Source: Macrostomum lignano (taxonomy: Eukaryota). Taken from it: a stretch of DNA of 64,000 nt. The stretch lies in the NCBI GenBank assembly GCA_002269645.1, contig NIVC01000034.1:124001-188000 (forward strand), read 5' to 3'. The notes under the pieces were generated by a model, which was not told the origin of the DNA, searched no databases, and worked only from the letters and a program-made list of their open reading frames with translations. Position 1 is the first letter of the stretch, and every line of letters begins with the position of its first letter. Positions 23,380-36,259 of the stretch are shown piece by piece. The position numbers were made by a program, and so were the translations under genes.

Positions 23380-23810
23380 AAACAACTGGGATTAAAACAA
23401 CTGATATAAAAGCATCAAAACAACTAAGATTAAAGCATTAAAACAACTGGGATTAAAGCAACTGGGATGAAAGAAATCGGGATTAAAGCAACTGGGATTA
23501 AAGCAACTGGGATTAAAGAAACCGGGATTAAATCAACTGGTATTAAAGCAGCTGGGATTAAAGCAACTGGTATTAAAGCAGCTGGGATTAAAGCAACTGG
23601 GAATAAAGAAACTGGGATTAAAGCAACTGGGATTAAAGCAGCTGGGATTAAAGCAACTGGGATTAAAGCAACTGGGATTAAAGCAACTGGTATTAAAGCA
23701 GCTGGGATTAAAGCAACTGGGATTAAAACAACTGGGAGTAAAGCAAATGGGATTAAAGCAACTGAGATAAAATCACTAAAACAACTGGGATTAAAGCAAT
23801 TAGAATAAAG
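23380..23810. repeat. 15-bp minisatellite (AAGCAACTGGGATTA), about 28 units
   Basis: Direct tandem periodicity. Confidence 0.95.
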
Positions 23811-23874
23811 CATGGGGTTAGAGCAATGGGATTTAATCTATAGCCTTCATAGTTCAGAGTCGGTTCATCCAGTT

Positions 23875-24865
23875 TCACCAGCAGTTCAGCGCACCAGACC
23901 GAAAAAAGTTGCGGATCTCAGCCTCGGTCATTGTGTCATTCATGACTGCCACCGCCTTTCAGCATTCGCAAGTCGCCATGATGAAATCCGAGTGACAGAC
24001 AGGTGCAGCTGGGATTGCTTGCTTCAGAATATGGCCCTGACACAGCTTCACCTGCTCTGGCGGCACGAAGCCTCCGTTGGAGAAAAATGCTTGGCTTGAG
24101 AGAGACGCCGACGTTACGCTGACTTCCACGAGCCGACGAAGCTGTTTCTTAGCCACGAGCCGACGAATTCGGGTCAAACGAGTTCGTTTCCGGTGCAGTT
24201 TTGTAAGTACAATAACTCAAAGCGACTCTGTGGAGGTACAGCTGCCTTGGATAGTCGGTGTGCCGTCCCAGAAGGTGTCTCCATCGATCTTGGTGGTGCA
24301 GTCGTAGCTGTCCAGAATTGCTGCTTGCTTGATCTCCCGCTTGAGCCTGACCAGCCACGAGAATGGCAGCTGGTAGTTCGCGAACTCCACGTTCTCCAGC
24401 CACATCTTGGACGACACTCCGTCGAGCTTGCCTCCCTCGCTGCTCCACTCCACATTCTCCGACATCCACTGATGTGTCTGGCCACCTGCAGGCCGCTCGA
24501 GCCAGCCTCGTAGAGGCACTCGATGATTCCTCTCGAATTTTGAGCCGCCTGAACTGTCAGATTCTCAGGCAGGCACTGCGGGCTGCTCGAGCGGTGCCAG
24601 GAGCTCGGTCGGCAGGCTCTCGCAGTAGACCAGCTGGGCCAAACAGGCCGCTGCAAGCAGAACGGAGACTGGAGTAGCGTTGAAGCTGAATGATGAGAAG
24701 GATGAATAACAAAATTTGCCAAATGGGGAGGGCGCGGCCGCGCCGCTCCGCGTATGCTCTGGTGGCGCAGAGCTGCGAAACTGACAGCGCATTGTGCCGC
24801 TTTTTGAGTCCCCCCAGCAGAGCTGCCTCAAACACTGTCGCATATTTTTTTGATTCAAGCATCAT
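23875..24865 (-). pseudogene. Disabled type II membrane glycosyltransferase-like gene (GT31/fringe-like, tentative)
   Basis: N-terminal signal-anchor RRGRALPIWQILLFILLIIQLQ in one frame; YDCTTKIDGDTFW resembles the GT31 xKxDDDxF motif; F.NGG and CHSDFIMATC follow; interrupted by TGA codons and probable frameshifts. Confidence 0.35.
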
Positions 24866-26932
24866 CGAGCTTCAAGCTGCTTTTGTTTTTCCTTTCGTGC
24901 AATTGTTTTTTATGTAAAATTTTCTGCTTCTATCGAAAAGAAGCGCTTGAATGAACCATCTGCTGTCATTCTAGACGTTTCGAGACGGGGACTGCTCAAT
25001 ATCAGAGACCGCGGAAACGAGCGATTTTCAGGCGCAGAAAAATCTACTCTACTTCTCTACCTCTCACCTTCAACCGCAAGCGACGTACGTGTCTTGCTGA
25101 GCGTACGCTTTATAAGTCTGATAATTTTAATTTAAACATTTTTCACAACTGCTTTGAGGAAGTGCATGTATTCTAAATTTAAGTATCCAGATGAAAACAT
25201 TTGCAGTTTGTAGACTGCTCAGATGAAGTAGAAAAGACAGGAGAGGTGAGAGGGGAGAGGAGAGAAGAAAAAAACACAAACTTTGATTTTTATTGTAAAG
25301 TATCAAAAGACCCTAGGACCGGAGTTTGCTGAGCCTTAAGGTAAAACAATTGCTTTCGTGTTTATCTTTAATCATTTCTAAGACCTTTCTAAGAAAGAGC
25401 TGGTCGTATCAGTTTAAAGGTACATGCGCCGTAGGGCCGAACTAACTTATATAAATCACTCTCATAACTAAATAACTGATATCTACGAGTATTGCTGGCA
25501 TAGATTTTAATTGTAAGAGCACAAATAAATCCGCCAGCTTAAAGAAAAAAAATAATTAACTCAATAAAAATGCCGCCTGCTTTTTGATCTCACTGAGAAT
25601 TTTTTTCGCACCTACAATACAAGACTAATTGAATGCCAAATTAATTATTTTAGTTGTTTTTTTTGCTGTTTTAAATAAAAAGCTTAATATAAATATTGGA
25701 CAGCAGGTGTTTAAATGGTGGATTATGCACAATGCCTAAATTCAGATTTATGTACAACTAGATGGATATAATTGACAAACTTCTAATAGTAACTAAAAAT
25801 GAATTAAATAAATTTAATAACAGTAAGTGGCCTATATTTTCCGCAAAGTTGAAAAAAACACACACAATTAACAGAGTTGAATAGATGGGAAACTACAAAG
25901 CGAATTATAATTTATAAAAAATGGTTTATATATATGTGCGGATGCTTTCACCTTTGTTATAATAAAAGTTACTAATATCAAAACAAATAGAAACGAATTA
26001 AACATTTAAAACTGTACAAAACTACGGATATTATTTTAGGGCTACGATAAATTTATACGTTTAAGAGTAATAGATATGATGCTGGTTGTTATGCACAAGC
26101 TACAATATTACTATAAGTAGGTCATTAATTAGCTAAAACAAATTAATGCATATATACAAGTTCAGTGACTTAGTCAGAGACAGTGATAAGTGAATTATAG
26201 GTTAACAATTATACAATAAATATTAAAGTATGATATAATAAATTTAATGAACAAACTCATTTAAAAAATACAAAAAAAACTTCAAGGCAGACGGGGATTT
26301 GGGATTTAGTCAGTGAGTACACTTGGTAGGTTAAAATGGCCAATAAGATAAAAAAGAATTGGTTAGAAAAAATAACAGAGAAAAAATTAAATTAAAAAAA
26401 ACAAACAATGGGACTTAGCTGCCAAATCGAACATTTCAAGTCGAATAAAAAAGGACTAAAATAAAAAATAAGTTAATGCCTGCACCTTGCTTACTTATAA
26501 GTAGCAGATCAATATATATAGTAATTAATTAAAAACAATGACAAAGAAACAACAAAATATCAAAGGACGCAAGCATGCGCAAAGTTAATGAATCAGCTAT
26601 TATTGACAACAATAACAATTGTTTATATATAGATAATTTATTATACACAAATGACTGCCTTTTGCGCAAAAGCTGCATATGCTCGCACACACATGGATTT
26701 AGTGATAAGAAGAGATTAACAAGATAAATAATTTAGACAAAACAATGTATTTTTGATTTTTTTAATTAAAAAACGACCCAAACTTTGCTACTAAGAGTAG
26801 CATGCTTAAAAAAGAAGCATTAAAATTCCAAAAATTGGAAAATTAAGCGACAAAAAAGTTGCTAACAAAACTCGTGTCTTTCAGTTGGTTTTTTTAAAAA
26901 AATCAATCCGATGAATGAACCAATTTATTAGG

Positions 26933-29922
26933 CTAAGCCCGCTGATAGAATCTTGGCAGGAACCGGTTGGGCACCAGTTCGCAATAGCGAGTCCAGGCTA
27001 GGCCGTACTTAGCCGAGCAGTGAATCTCGTCACGCCTGGCTCGGTGCACCAGCAGCACAAGCAGGTAGGCTGGGTACAGCCAAGCCAACGGCGCGTGAAA
27101 CCCGGCAGCCAGGGACCAGGCAAACGCCATCACTAAGTCGCCAACAAAATTGGGATGACGGCACAGCGCCCAGCTGCCAGCGGCCAGTAGGTGACGGCCG
27201 CGAACACCGGTTGGCACGGTGCGACAGTTGGCAAACCGGGGCTGGTGCGGGTCGCGGCGGAATTCGTCTTTCATGTAGTTGGAGGCGCGGAAGATGAAGT
27301 AGCCTGCGGATAGGTGCAAAAGGTTGAGCAGTAAGTTCACCTATGTATCTAAAATAAATTGACTTGCCCGACTGCAGAAATGAAACGTTTTAAAAGCCTA
27401 AAATTACAACAGGTGAAACAATTCAATTACAACAGGTGAAACCCTTTAATTACAACAGGTGAAAGCCTTCAATAACAGGCGAAAACCTTAAAAAACAGGT
27501 GAAAAGCTTCAATAACAGATGAAGACCTTAACAGGTGAAACCCTTCAATAACAGGTGAAACCCTTCAATAACAGGTGAAAACCTTCAATAACAGGTGAAA
27601 ACATTTAATAACAGGTGAAACCTTAGAATAACAGCTGAAACCTTTCAATAACAGGTGAAACCTTTTAATAACAGAGGAAACCCTTCAATAACAGGTGAAA
27701 CCCTTCAATAACAGGTGAAACTTTAGAATAACAGGTGAATCCTTTCAATAACAGGTGAAACCTTTTAATAACAGATGAAACCCTTCAATAATAGGTGAAA
27801 CCCTTCAATAACAGGTGAAACCCTTCAATAACAGGTGAAACCCTTCAATAACAGGTGAAACCCTTCAATAACAGGTGAAACCCTTCAATAACAGGTGAAA
27901 CCCTTCAATAACAGGTGAAACCCTTCAATAACAGGTTAAAACCTTCAATAACAGGTGAAAACCTTCAATAACAGGTTAAAACCTTCAATAACAGGTGAAA
28001 AACCTTCAATAACAGGTGAAAACCTTCAATTCTATAGGTAAGTCTCAAAAAAGTGCAAAAACACAATGAACTCACCAAATAGGTTGATGAACAGGACACC
28101 AACAACGCAGTAAGCAGGCATGGTAGGCTGATTAGTAATCAGCTGCCTAGCGCTCAGACTATAGAAGAAAGGCACCCAAGCAAGATTGCCGAACACCAGC
28201 ATATAACCCAGTCCTTCGCGTTTAATATCGGTAGTAGTCAGAATCGATCGCTCAAAGAACAGCGCATCAGCTACGTAGATCAGATGCATAAAGGTCAGGG
28301 TAGCGAATGGCAATCCGATAATGCCGCCGTTAGCCTTGACCTGGAACATGAAAGCCATATCCAGCAGCACCCAGCCAATCAGTCCCGGGCGCATCTCCAG
28401 AAAGAATTTCAAATCAATCCGACCGCCAAACAGACGCGGGTGCAGCTCCCGCCCCATGAAGAATTCGTAGATAAAGGTGCACCGACCGCTAGCAGCCGAA
28501 GCTTTCATCGAGGAGGCAGCCTCGGCAGTCAGAGCAGAGTTCGGTACGCGCCTCGAACGCGCATAGAGACCAATGGATAGCAGCAGGGAGAACAGGCTGG
28601 CGCACACGGCTAGCCGAGTCAACTCAGAGCAGATGATGCTCCCAACTTTGATGCCATACCAATTAGCGCCAACTAAAGCTAGCATGGATACAATCAAGGC
28701 GAACAGGCCGTTGCAATGGTACAGGCCGCCCTCGTGTTGCACCCACCTAGAGAGGCGATGGTTAAATATAATACCTGTTGAAAATAATACAATAACCAAG
28801 AAGCGCTAAAGACTCTTGCGACTTTTTTAACGATTCACTTTGTCGTCTGGAATCACTTTTTAATCAATTTTGTATATTTTGCTTATTAGTAGTTAGAGCG
28901 TCGGGCTTTAAGGTCGGGGGTTCGATTTCCGATCTCACTGAAACAATTTGCGTCCTTGAGCAAGACTTAATACTTCAGTTTTACCCAGCTGTAAAATGGG
29001 TGCCAGCATTAGCTGGGGTAATTGAGGCTGTGTGTGGCGACCCCCCAGTCCTTGGACTGAACAGCCGTACGCAGCCTTCAGCAGCGGAGCTGTCGGTTGC
29101 ACACCTGGCCCAACTGATACAGGTGTAATTAATAATTATTATTATCAATATGATAATATATTTCCCATTATTGACTTACTTTCCACCAATAGGCAGGCTA
29201 TACAGCAACAGCTGAGCCAGCACCCAGCCTCCATAGATCAGAGCCGAACGAACGCTAAACAAATCGGCCAGCGCCAGACTACCAGTGCTGCCAAATAAAA
29301 ATCGATTCGACCGGCCAAATGTCAGCTTGCCATCGGACAGCAGACTCAGCCACACCAGCGACACTGGCAGGCCGACAGTCATCAGAGCCGAGCCAATCGC
29401 GCCGCCAAATTCTCGGCCACGCCGTCCAGATCGGGTGGCGGTGGCGGTCGTTGAAGAAGTAGGAGTCGATACTCCACCGCTTCTAGTAGCAGTTGAAGTG
29501 CCGGCCGCAGCCGACGATTTTGTTGGAGACGATGAAGGCGAGCCGGGGCTGTGATTCACAGCTCTAGCGGATGAGCGGCGTTGCCTAGCAACAGTTGGCG
29601 TAGGCGGACGAGCCGCAGTCTTTTTAGGCTGTTTAGCAGCTGACTGCGGTGTGGACGTGTTCGAAGCTGGAGAAGCGGCCGGCTTTCTAGATCGCGATGA
29701 GCTCCGGGAGCGCGGCTTCGGCTGTTGCTGCTTTTGCTGCGGAGTATTCTTTTTCTCTGGAGCAGCTCGAGTCTTCGAACTGCTACGCTGGCGAGGTTTA
29801 GCAGTTGGGCTGGCAGATTTCGATCGGGATTTGCTGGAACTGCGCGATCGCTGAGCAGCCTGTTTGCCAGCTGCTGGGCTGGACTTACGGCTGGCCCGTT
29901 TCGATGCAGCAGTTGTTGGCAT
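26933..29922 (-). CDS. LBR: Lamin B receptor / delta14-sterol reductase (ERG4/ERG24 family), 594 aa: complement(join(26933..27303,28076..28746,29180..29922))
   Basis: In-phase GT-AG introns (1785 nt total); RS/SK-rich N-terminus; motifs REFGGAIG, FFMGRELHPR, DLKFFLEMRPGLIGW, DIKREGLGYML.FG.L.WVPF.YS, RHPNFVGDL, LLVHRARRDE.HC..KYG.AW..YC..VP. Confidence 0.95.
27405..28030. repeat. 20-bp minisatellite (CAATAACAGGTGAAACCCTT), about 31 units, filling most of LBR intron 2
   Basis: Direct tandem periodicity. Confidence 0.95.
28888..29145 (+). mobile_element. tRNA-derived CORE-like SINE (family A), in LBR intron 1
   Basis: B-box GGTTCGATTTCC, CORE-like CCTTGAGCAAGAC...CCCAGCTGTAAAATGGG, (TTA)n tail; homologous to 42536 and 55944 copies. 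Confidence 0.8.
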
Positions 29923-31070
29923 TGTTGTTGCTTTTGTTAAATCTTCTGTTTTATAATGACAATGGCAGACGTTTTTTTGCTTTGGTAGTTTGTGCAACTT
30001 TCAATAGTTAGCAAGCAAGCCTTGGATAAATGACATGAAATAATTAATTAATAATTATTTAATGTAAAAAATTTATGGGAACCTTGATCTATAGTTACTT
30101 ATAAAAAAGCAAGCAAAACATTACCATAACTTTGGGTAAATGGCAAAAGTAACTATGACTCTATTATCAGGACAAAATCCCTTGTCATTTAATGTGAGCT
30201 TTTTTGCAACTTACCTTGGCTAGGCCCCATCCTAGGCCCTAGGCCCAGCTGGATTGGCTGGGTGTATGATGTATATTAAGGACTATTTTAGTATATTAAA
30301 ATTTATCTAAGAATCAAATTTAATTTATGGTATCTTAATACTTGGAGAATGACAATAAAACTATAAATTGCATTTTGCAAAGCAGTAATGCAAAATAATC
30401 TAGAAGAAATTTAAAAAATGACATATGAAGTACAAAAATCCACTACACAATTCAAACATTATGTTATCTATAACTTGGAAAATTATACTTTTTGAGGAAG
30501 AATGGCTAATAATAACACTAAAGACAATGTACAAAATTCCAACAAAAACTCTTCTTACTTGACCAAAATAAAAAAGTATGATATCATTATTAGGGACTCC
30601 AGAGAGATTTTGAAACATTAAAATTTATTTTTTTCAGATATGTATCTGATAGAGGACAATAACAGCATCACAAAATGGCTTCACTTATTAAATTTGGTTG
30701 AATAATAAAAAAGTTATAGCATTTTTTGTCCCCAAAAAAAATTTGCTTTTTAGATAGGAAAAATACATTATAGATTGTTGCAATTGGACATATGAAAACA
30801 AAATTTTTCACTTTTTGTTGTCATGTCTTTTTTGCTATTCAACATACAATGTTGAGTCTGGTATCATTTTAAAGACCAAGCAGTTCTACATAAGATTAAC
30901 AAATTGTTTTTATTCTTTCTAATGTATCTTTTTTGGTTTGCATTTGAATTTTTTAAAAGTAAAAATGCACATCAAAAATAGAGCAAAATTTAAATTTCAA
31001 ATGGCTACTATTTAAAAGTTAATTGCTTTTTCTGAAATCTTTTTTATTGCTACGCTGACAATTGATGCAG

Positions 31071-33443
31071 GTCAGCACACTAGAGAGCCGGCCACAGGGT
31101 GGCGTCCAGTTCACCAACGACGTCATTGCGACCTGCATATGTCTGGTCCTCGACTGTCAGGTGCCAATCGAAAGGGTCAGCAGTGCCATCAGGTGTATGC
31201 TGACTGACCTTGTTGGTCTGGATGCCAATTGCCTCTGCCTTCCGTCTGCCTCCCTCACGATTAGCCTGTGCTACAGCATTGGCAACAGCCTGGCAAAGTT
31301 ATGTGTAGCAGAATGTCTTATTGTAGCCGTCAGTGACCATCAACCGATGACTATGATGACTGACACAACGAGCAAGCAAAGCTGCCACTACGCCGAGTAC
31401 CAGGTATTTTTGGGGGTTGGGGCTTCCTTTAACAAAAATTTAAGATGTAAGGTGTAACTGTAAGATTTTTAAAAAATTGGGGAAATTAGTAAAATTATAT
31501 ACTTGTTTGTTTTCAATTACCATGATTTCGATCAAGGTTCTGTCGGCAGAACCCATTGGGGCCGCTGCACTATCTGGCTTTTGGCCATCAAAGCTTGAGT
31601 CAGGAATGCTGCACCTCATCCACACCGCACGCAAGGCATTCCACATCAATGGCAACAAGCAGTGTGGTATCGGTGGTCCACTGGCAAGCTACCTAGATGC
31701 TTGGGGAGAAAGACTTCAGATAGAGGGATTCTGTGGCAACCGAGCACAGGTCACTCTTTCCAATGGCGGCACTATTCTCTGGCAACGGAATGTTTTACTT
31801 GACTTACTCTCTGAGTAACCAGACAGCAATCGACTCATATTCGCCATGCATGCCGATCTGGCTTCTCCATTGCTGATCTGTGGCTGCCGAGCCCTCGGCC
31901 TGATTGACATCTTGTTGATCAGACCTCTGTGGGTGCTGCTACGCTGCAAATATGTCACAATCATTGATATGAATGAGCGATACAAGCAGGTCGTGGCATG
32001 GATGCATAGCCTGGCCTCTTCAGATGTGCTTAACTTTTTTGGTGACTTGGAGGGCCCCTTCCTGGAGCTGCGCGAGGCCATTCTCTGTGACAGCAATGTC
32101 GCCAAGGTATGGGCCTCTCTGACTGCTGACGCCGACAACAAGCTGGTTGGTCAGGCCCTGCAGGTAATTAGTTGTGCTGCGTGAACTGCCAGACGAGGTT
32201 GCCAACCGTGCCCACTCTGCGCCCAAGGATTCCTGGGGAGCGCTTGTTTGCCATGCTGGACCATCTCGTAAGAGACTAACCTAACATGCGCCCCATTAAT
32301 TGCAAAGCTATTGTCCTCTTTGACCAGAATGGCACATCAGAGTGGATGGTGGAAAAAATGTGAGAACAGTGCAATACCATGATTTTGCATGCGTGCCAGA
32401 ATGCCTCAGTTATGGAGTGGCGATAGAAAGACAATGCAGCTGCGGTTCGTATGCAATAGCAGGAAATAATGCATGCAAGAGTTGCGGAAAAGTGGTGCAA
32501 GGAGGCTGCATTGGAAGCCAACCTGCGCGACAAAATTGCTAGTGTCGGATTCTGTGGACTTTGCTCATCAACCGCGCAGATGGACAAGGCTCTTGCTACA
32601 CTGGCCCCCTGCAGAGCAGAACAAGGCAGTTGTTGCCTAGCTGCAGCTTCAAAAGCTCATCAACAGTAAGCCTAAATTTATTCTTTGTTGAGAAATAGAG
32701 AATTAATACATTGTTTTTAATGAAAATATTAAAAAAATAATAGCATTGCCTCTTAATTTCCCATTTAAATCCCTTTCAATCCAGAGTCCAGCCTGCCCAA
32801 AGATCATGCCAAGCTGCTGCTGTCAGAGGCTGGCATGAAGTGTATTGCCATGCAATTGCACCAACAGCTGCGCAACCTACTGAGCATTTTTTGTACTAAG
32901 CCCGCTGCCACAGCCTCTGCCAATCAGCCAGCAGCCATTTTGGATGCGGCTAAACTATCTCAGCATATTTGTTCCACCATTGCTGAGTACCTAGAGCCTG
33001 CTGTCTGTGATGCTACCCAACAAACTGCCCATAGTGGCAATAGTGCCACCCCCAGAGCCAGAGGCCATGGTGGACAAGGACATGCCCAGGAAGGGTGCGG
33101 CGGACAAAGGCGCCATGGATGTGGTCAGGCTGCCAATGCAGCTGTGAATATTGGCCCAAACCAGGACAATGTACACAATGAAGCTGCACTATCACTTGCC
33201 AACCTCCCAGATTTGGTTGGGTAGCGAATAGAAATGCTATTTGCCTACCTTAATTGCAAAAGCTGGGAGGAAGACATAGTGCTGAGTTGCATCAAAATGA
33301 CTAGCCTAGACCACTATGTATTTAACCAGCACTTTGCTGTTCTGTTCAATGACTTTCCAGAAAAGGAGGAAGTCTTGAACTTGTATTGGGACTACCTCTC
33401 TGGGGAGTTGCATGTGCTAGATGATGAGGATAAAGGGATCTAA
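31071..33443 (+). pseudogene. Decayed DDE (RNase H-fold, hAT/P/Kolobok-like group) transposase of an invertebrate DNA transposon
   Basis: Segments MTDTTSKQ, SGMLHLIHTARK, GFCGNRAQVTLSNGG, GCRALGLID.LLIRPLW, GERLFAMLDHLVRD*PN resemble a widespread invertebrate transposase family; several in-frame stops; intron at 31404-31536. Confidence 0.6.
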
Positions 33444-33979
33444 ACTACGAGCATATATATCCATAATTTTCATACTTTATATTTATAAGCTTGAATCGCC
33501 TTGTGGCTTTAATAAAATGTATGTGTTGTTTTTCACTTTCACAGTTGTATATAGCTAATCATCTGAAATCAAGAAAAAGTAAAAAACAATTATAAATGTA
33601 AAGAAATGTTTTATTAAAATAAAAACAAACAAATATAGACTTGATTTGTTAATCCAGTAAAAGAATCAAGAAGTCAAAATTATATACCAATTTATCATAT
33701 TTAATATCTAACATTTTAATATGGCATAGCTATTGTATTGTGTAGCTTTGACTATGCAATTTATCTATAGTCTAGATCATGCTAGGCACATGCCCAAACA
33801 AAAAATGATAGTTATAAATGCACACCAAAAAATTAAATGCATGCCCATTCTTAAAACTCTGCTAGTGTTGCAATAATAAATGACCTTTTTTATTGCACAA
33901 TAGACCTTTTTGACAAATAATTTGGTTATTTTTTCTGCTTTTTGGCAATATTATTTATAGTGGAAAATTGATACCATAC

Positions 33980-34865
33980 ATATGCAACCTTGGGAATCAC
34001 TTGGCTGTTTCTATTAGCAACATACACATGTAAGTTGCTATTGGCTAAGAGCAGTCATGCCCTATTGGAATAAGTTGAGAAAATTCAGACAACCGTCTGT
34101 TGCATTTTCGGATTCTCTTGGTGTCGCATCGCGCAACAGTGGTGTCAAGTGGTGTGTCGCGTTGCGCGACACTGGAAACCTGGTGTCATCATGCGTCGCG
34201 TCGCGCGACATGACAGTGTGGCAACTTGGCAGCTGGCGTCGTCATGTGTCATGTTGCGGCCTGGATCTATAGCTAAAACCTTGCAAAATGTGTTTCATTG
34301 TAATATGTTCATGGTTGTTTCTCGGTATTTAAATGTTTCAAACATGTTTGATAATAACTAGTTCTTGAATTGTTCTTTTTTATTTAGAGGTAAAGTAACT
34401 AATACTTCAAATATAATTTTTAGAAATGTTACTTGTTAGTATAATGTGTGCGCTGTTTTTCTAAGTGTTGTACCTTTGTTTTTAAATTTTATTTCTTTTT
34501 CTGCGAAATTGAAAGGAATACTTTCATTCCTCGCCCCATGGTCTTGGTATCAGGAGTGAATGGCAGAATGGGAATTGTCAGTTGCAACATGGCTGCTGTG
34601 GCATCCTGCCCCCCCCCCTGATCATTTAGTCAATAGACATCGGCGTTGCGTCGCCACCCCCTAGTCAACAAAATTTGGTGTCCCATTGCGCTTTTGATGG
34701 CACAATTTTAGCACCCGTGTCGCGCGTCTGCGGGTTTTTGAAACTTATTCCCATAGGGCAGTCACGTGACTACTATTCTATCCAATAGGCCCCCCCCTAA
34801 TGACTTATATGTGTGTTGCCAATAGAAACAGCCAGGTAAATCCATAGGTTGTGCTTAAGCATGAT
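33980..34865. mobile_element. Palindromic MITE (same family as 40861-41044) split by a later insertion
   Basis: Left half 33980-34057 and right half 34761-34865 reconstruct the intact copy at 40861. Confidence 0.8.
34058..34760. mobile_element. 703-bp non-autonomous element with TG...CA 19-bp TIRs and 4-bp TSD
   Basis: TGCCCTATTGGAATAAGTT / AACTTATTCCCATAGGGCA (18/19); GTCA duplicated at 34054-34057 and 34761-34764. Confidence 0.85.
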
Positions 34866-35327
34866 TGATACAAGCCAAAAAATGTTTAAATGCCTTATAA
34901 CAAGCTTAAAAACCTAGAAAGTGAGAAAATAATGCTTAAAAATAAACTTTTTTCATTTTTTCAATTTCATAATAACTCTTCTGTGTGATTCTATAAAGTG
35001 TACACTAGGTGTATTTTCTTAGGAATGATATATGCCAACAGTGCAAACCTACTTTTGGGATGCAAGGCCAATGCATACCCGAATTTTTGGGCATACACTA
35101 CATCTACATGATCCAGAGTGTGGCAGTCTTAGTGTCATGTATTTTTACATTTTCTTATATTGTATTGTGCTATTGCACAAAGCATGCCAAAAAACTTTGC
35201 CAACTCCTTGATACATGCCATATATGCAGTAGTACATTGCTTGGGACATTTAACATAGAAGAGTTTTTCCCTAAAAACAGCATCCTTACTACCTTAGGTA
35301 GGTCAGGAATATAACATAGAATGCCTT

Positions 35328-36259
35328 CCATAGTCAGGAAGGTGGCAAGTGCACGCGGGAATCAATTTATAGAAAAATCCTTGGTGCACACCAATGTACG
35401 CCAATTTTAAAACCCTTAACATGACATTTCTGTTGCATGCCAAAAATCTTGAATACCAAAAATCATGTATACCGAAAATTGTGTATACCAAAATCCTGTA
35501 TGCCAAAAGTGGTTACACTGTCTGTTTACCCTACAGTAAATTGTAAAAAAATTGGTAAAATGACTTAAATTTTGTGTCAAAAATAAAACAGAAAACAACT
35601 GACTGCATATTTAACGTAACTTTATACAATTCTACAAAGAAAAAAATCAAATACTTTTATCGATAGATTATAGATAGTCAATAGACTATTTATTCTACGT
35701 TGACAATGTATTTTGCATTTTTGATTTGAATATTAACTGTATTAGATACTATTTTTAAATAAATTTTCTACTTAGGTTAAACAAAGTTTATATAAAAAAA
35801 GGAAATTTGCTACAAAGAACATAGTGAGTATCAAAAACTTTTTCTTCACATTTCAAGAAACAAATAAACTAAAAGTCTACAAGAGTCACAAAATAAGAGC
35901 GTTTAAAAGTTATTGGATATTTTAATTTTAATATAGGCTATAGATAGAGTGTAGGCCTGGCTGTAGGCTAGGCTGTAGCCTCAACTAGTTGGTTTAATCA
36001 ATATTCAAATTCAATTGTTCACGTTTAACTTTATATATTGTATATATATAGTATATATATATATCTATATCTGACTTGTTGATATACTGTCAGTTTGTAA
36101 TTGCACGCCAAGGTTACACGCCAAGTAAAAAACTTGTACGCTGAAAATTTAGGCGTGGCTTGACACCCCTATTTGCACGCCAAATTTGCACGCCAAAATT
36201 TTAGCGTGGCTTGTGCACGCGGGAAAATTCCCGCGTGCAGGCCACCTTCCTGAGTATGG
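35328..36259. mobile_element. 932-bp non-autonomous hAT/P-like element
   Basis: About 33-bp TIRs CCATAGTCAGGAAGGTGGC...GCACGCGGGAAT; perfect 8-bp TSD AATGCCTT; subterminal GCACGCCAA repeats. Confidence 0.85.

Noticed and set aside
23430-23813. GIKAT/VALIP repeat ORFs
   Set aside because: Translation of a 15-bp minisatellite with no link to a gene model.
28747-28799. N-terminal part of ORF 28032..28799 as LBR coding sequence
   Set aside because: Phase and homology favour the acceptor at 28747; these bases are intronic.
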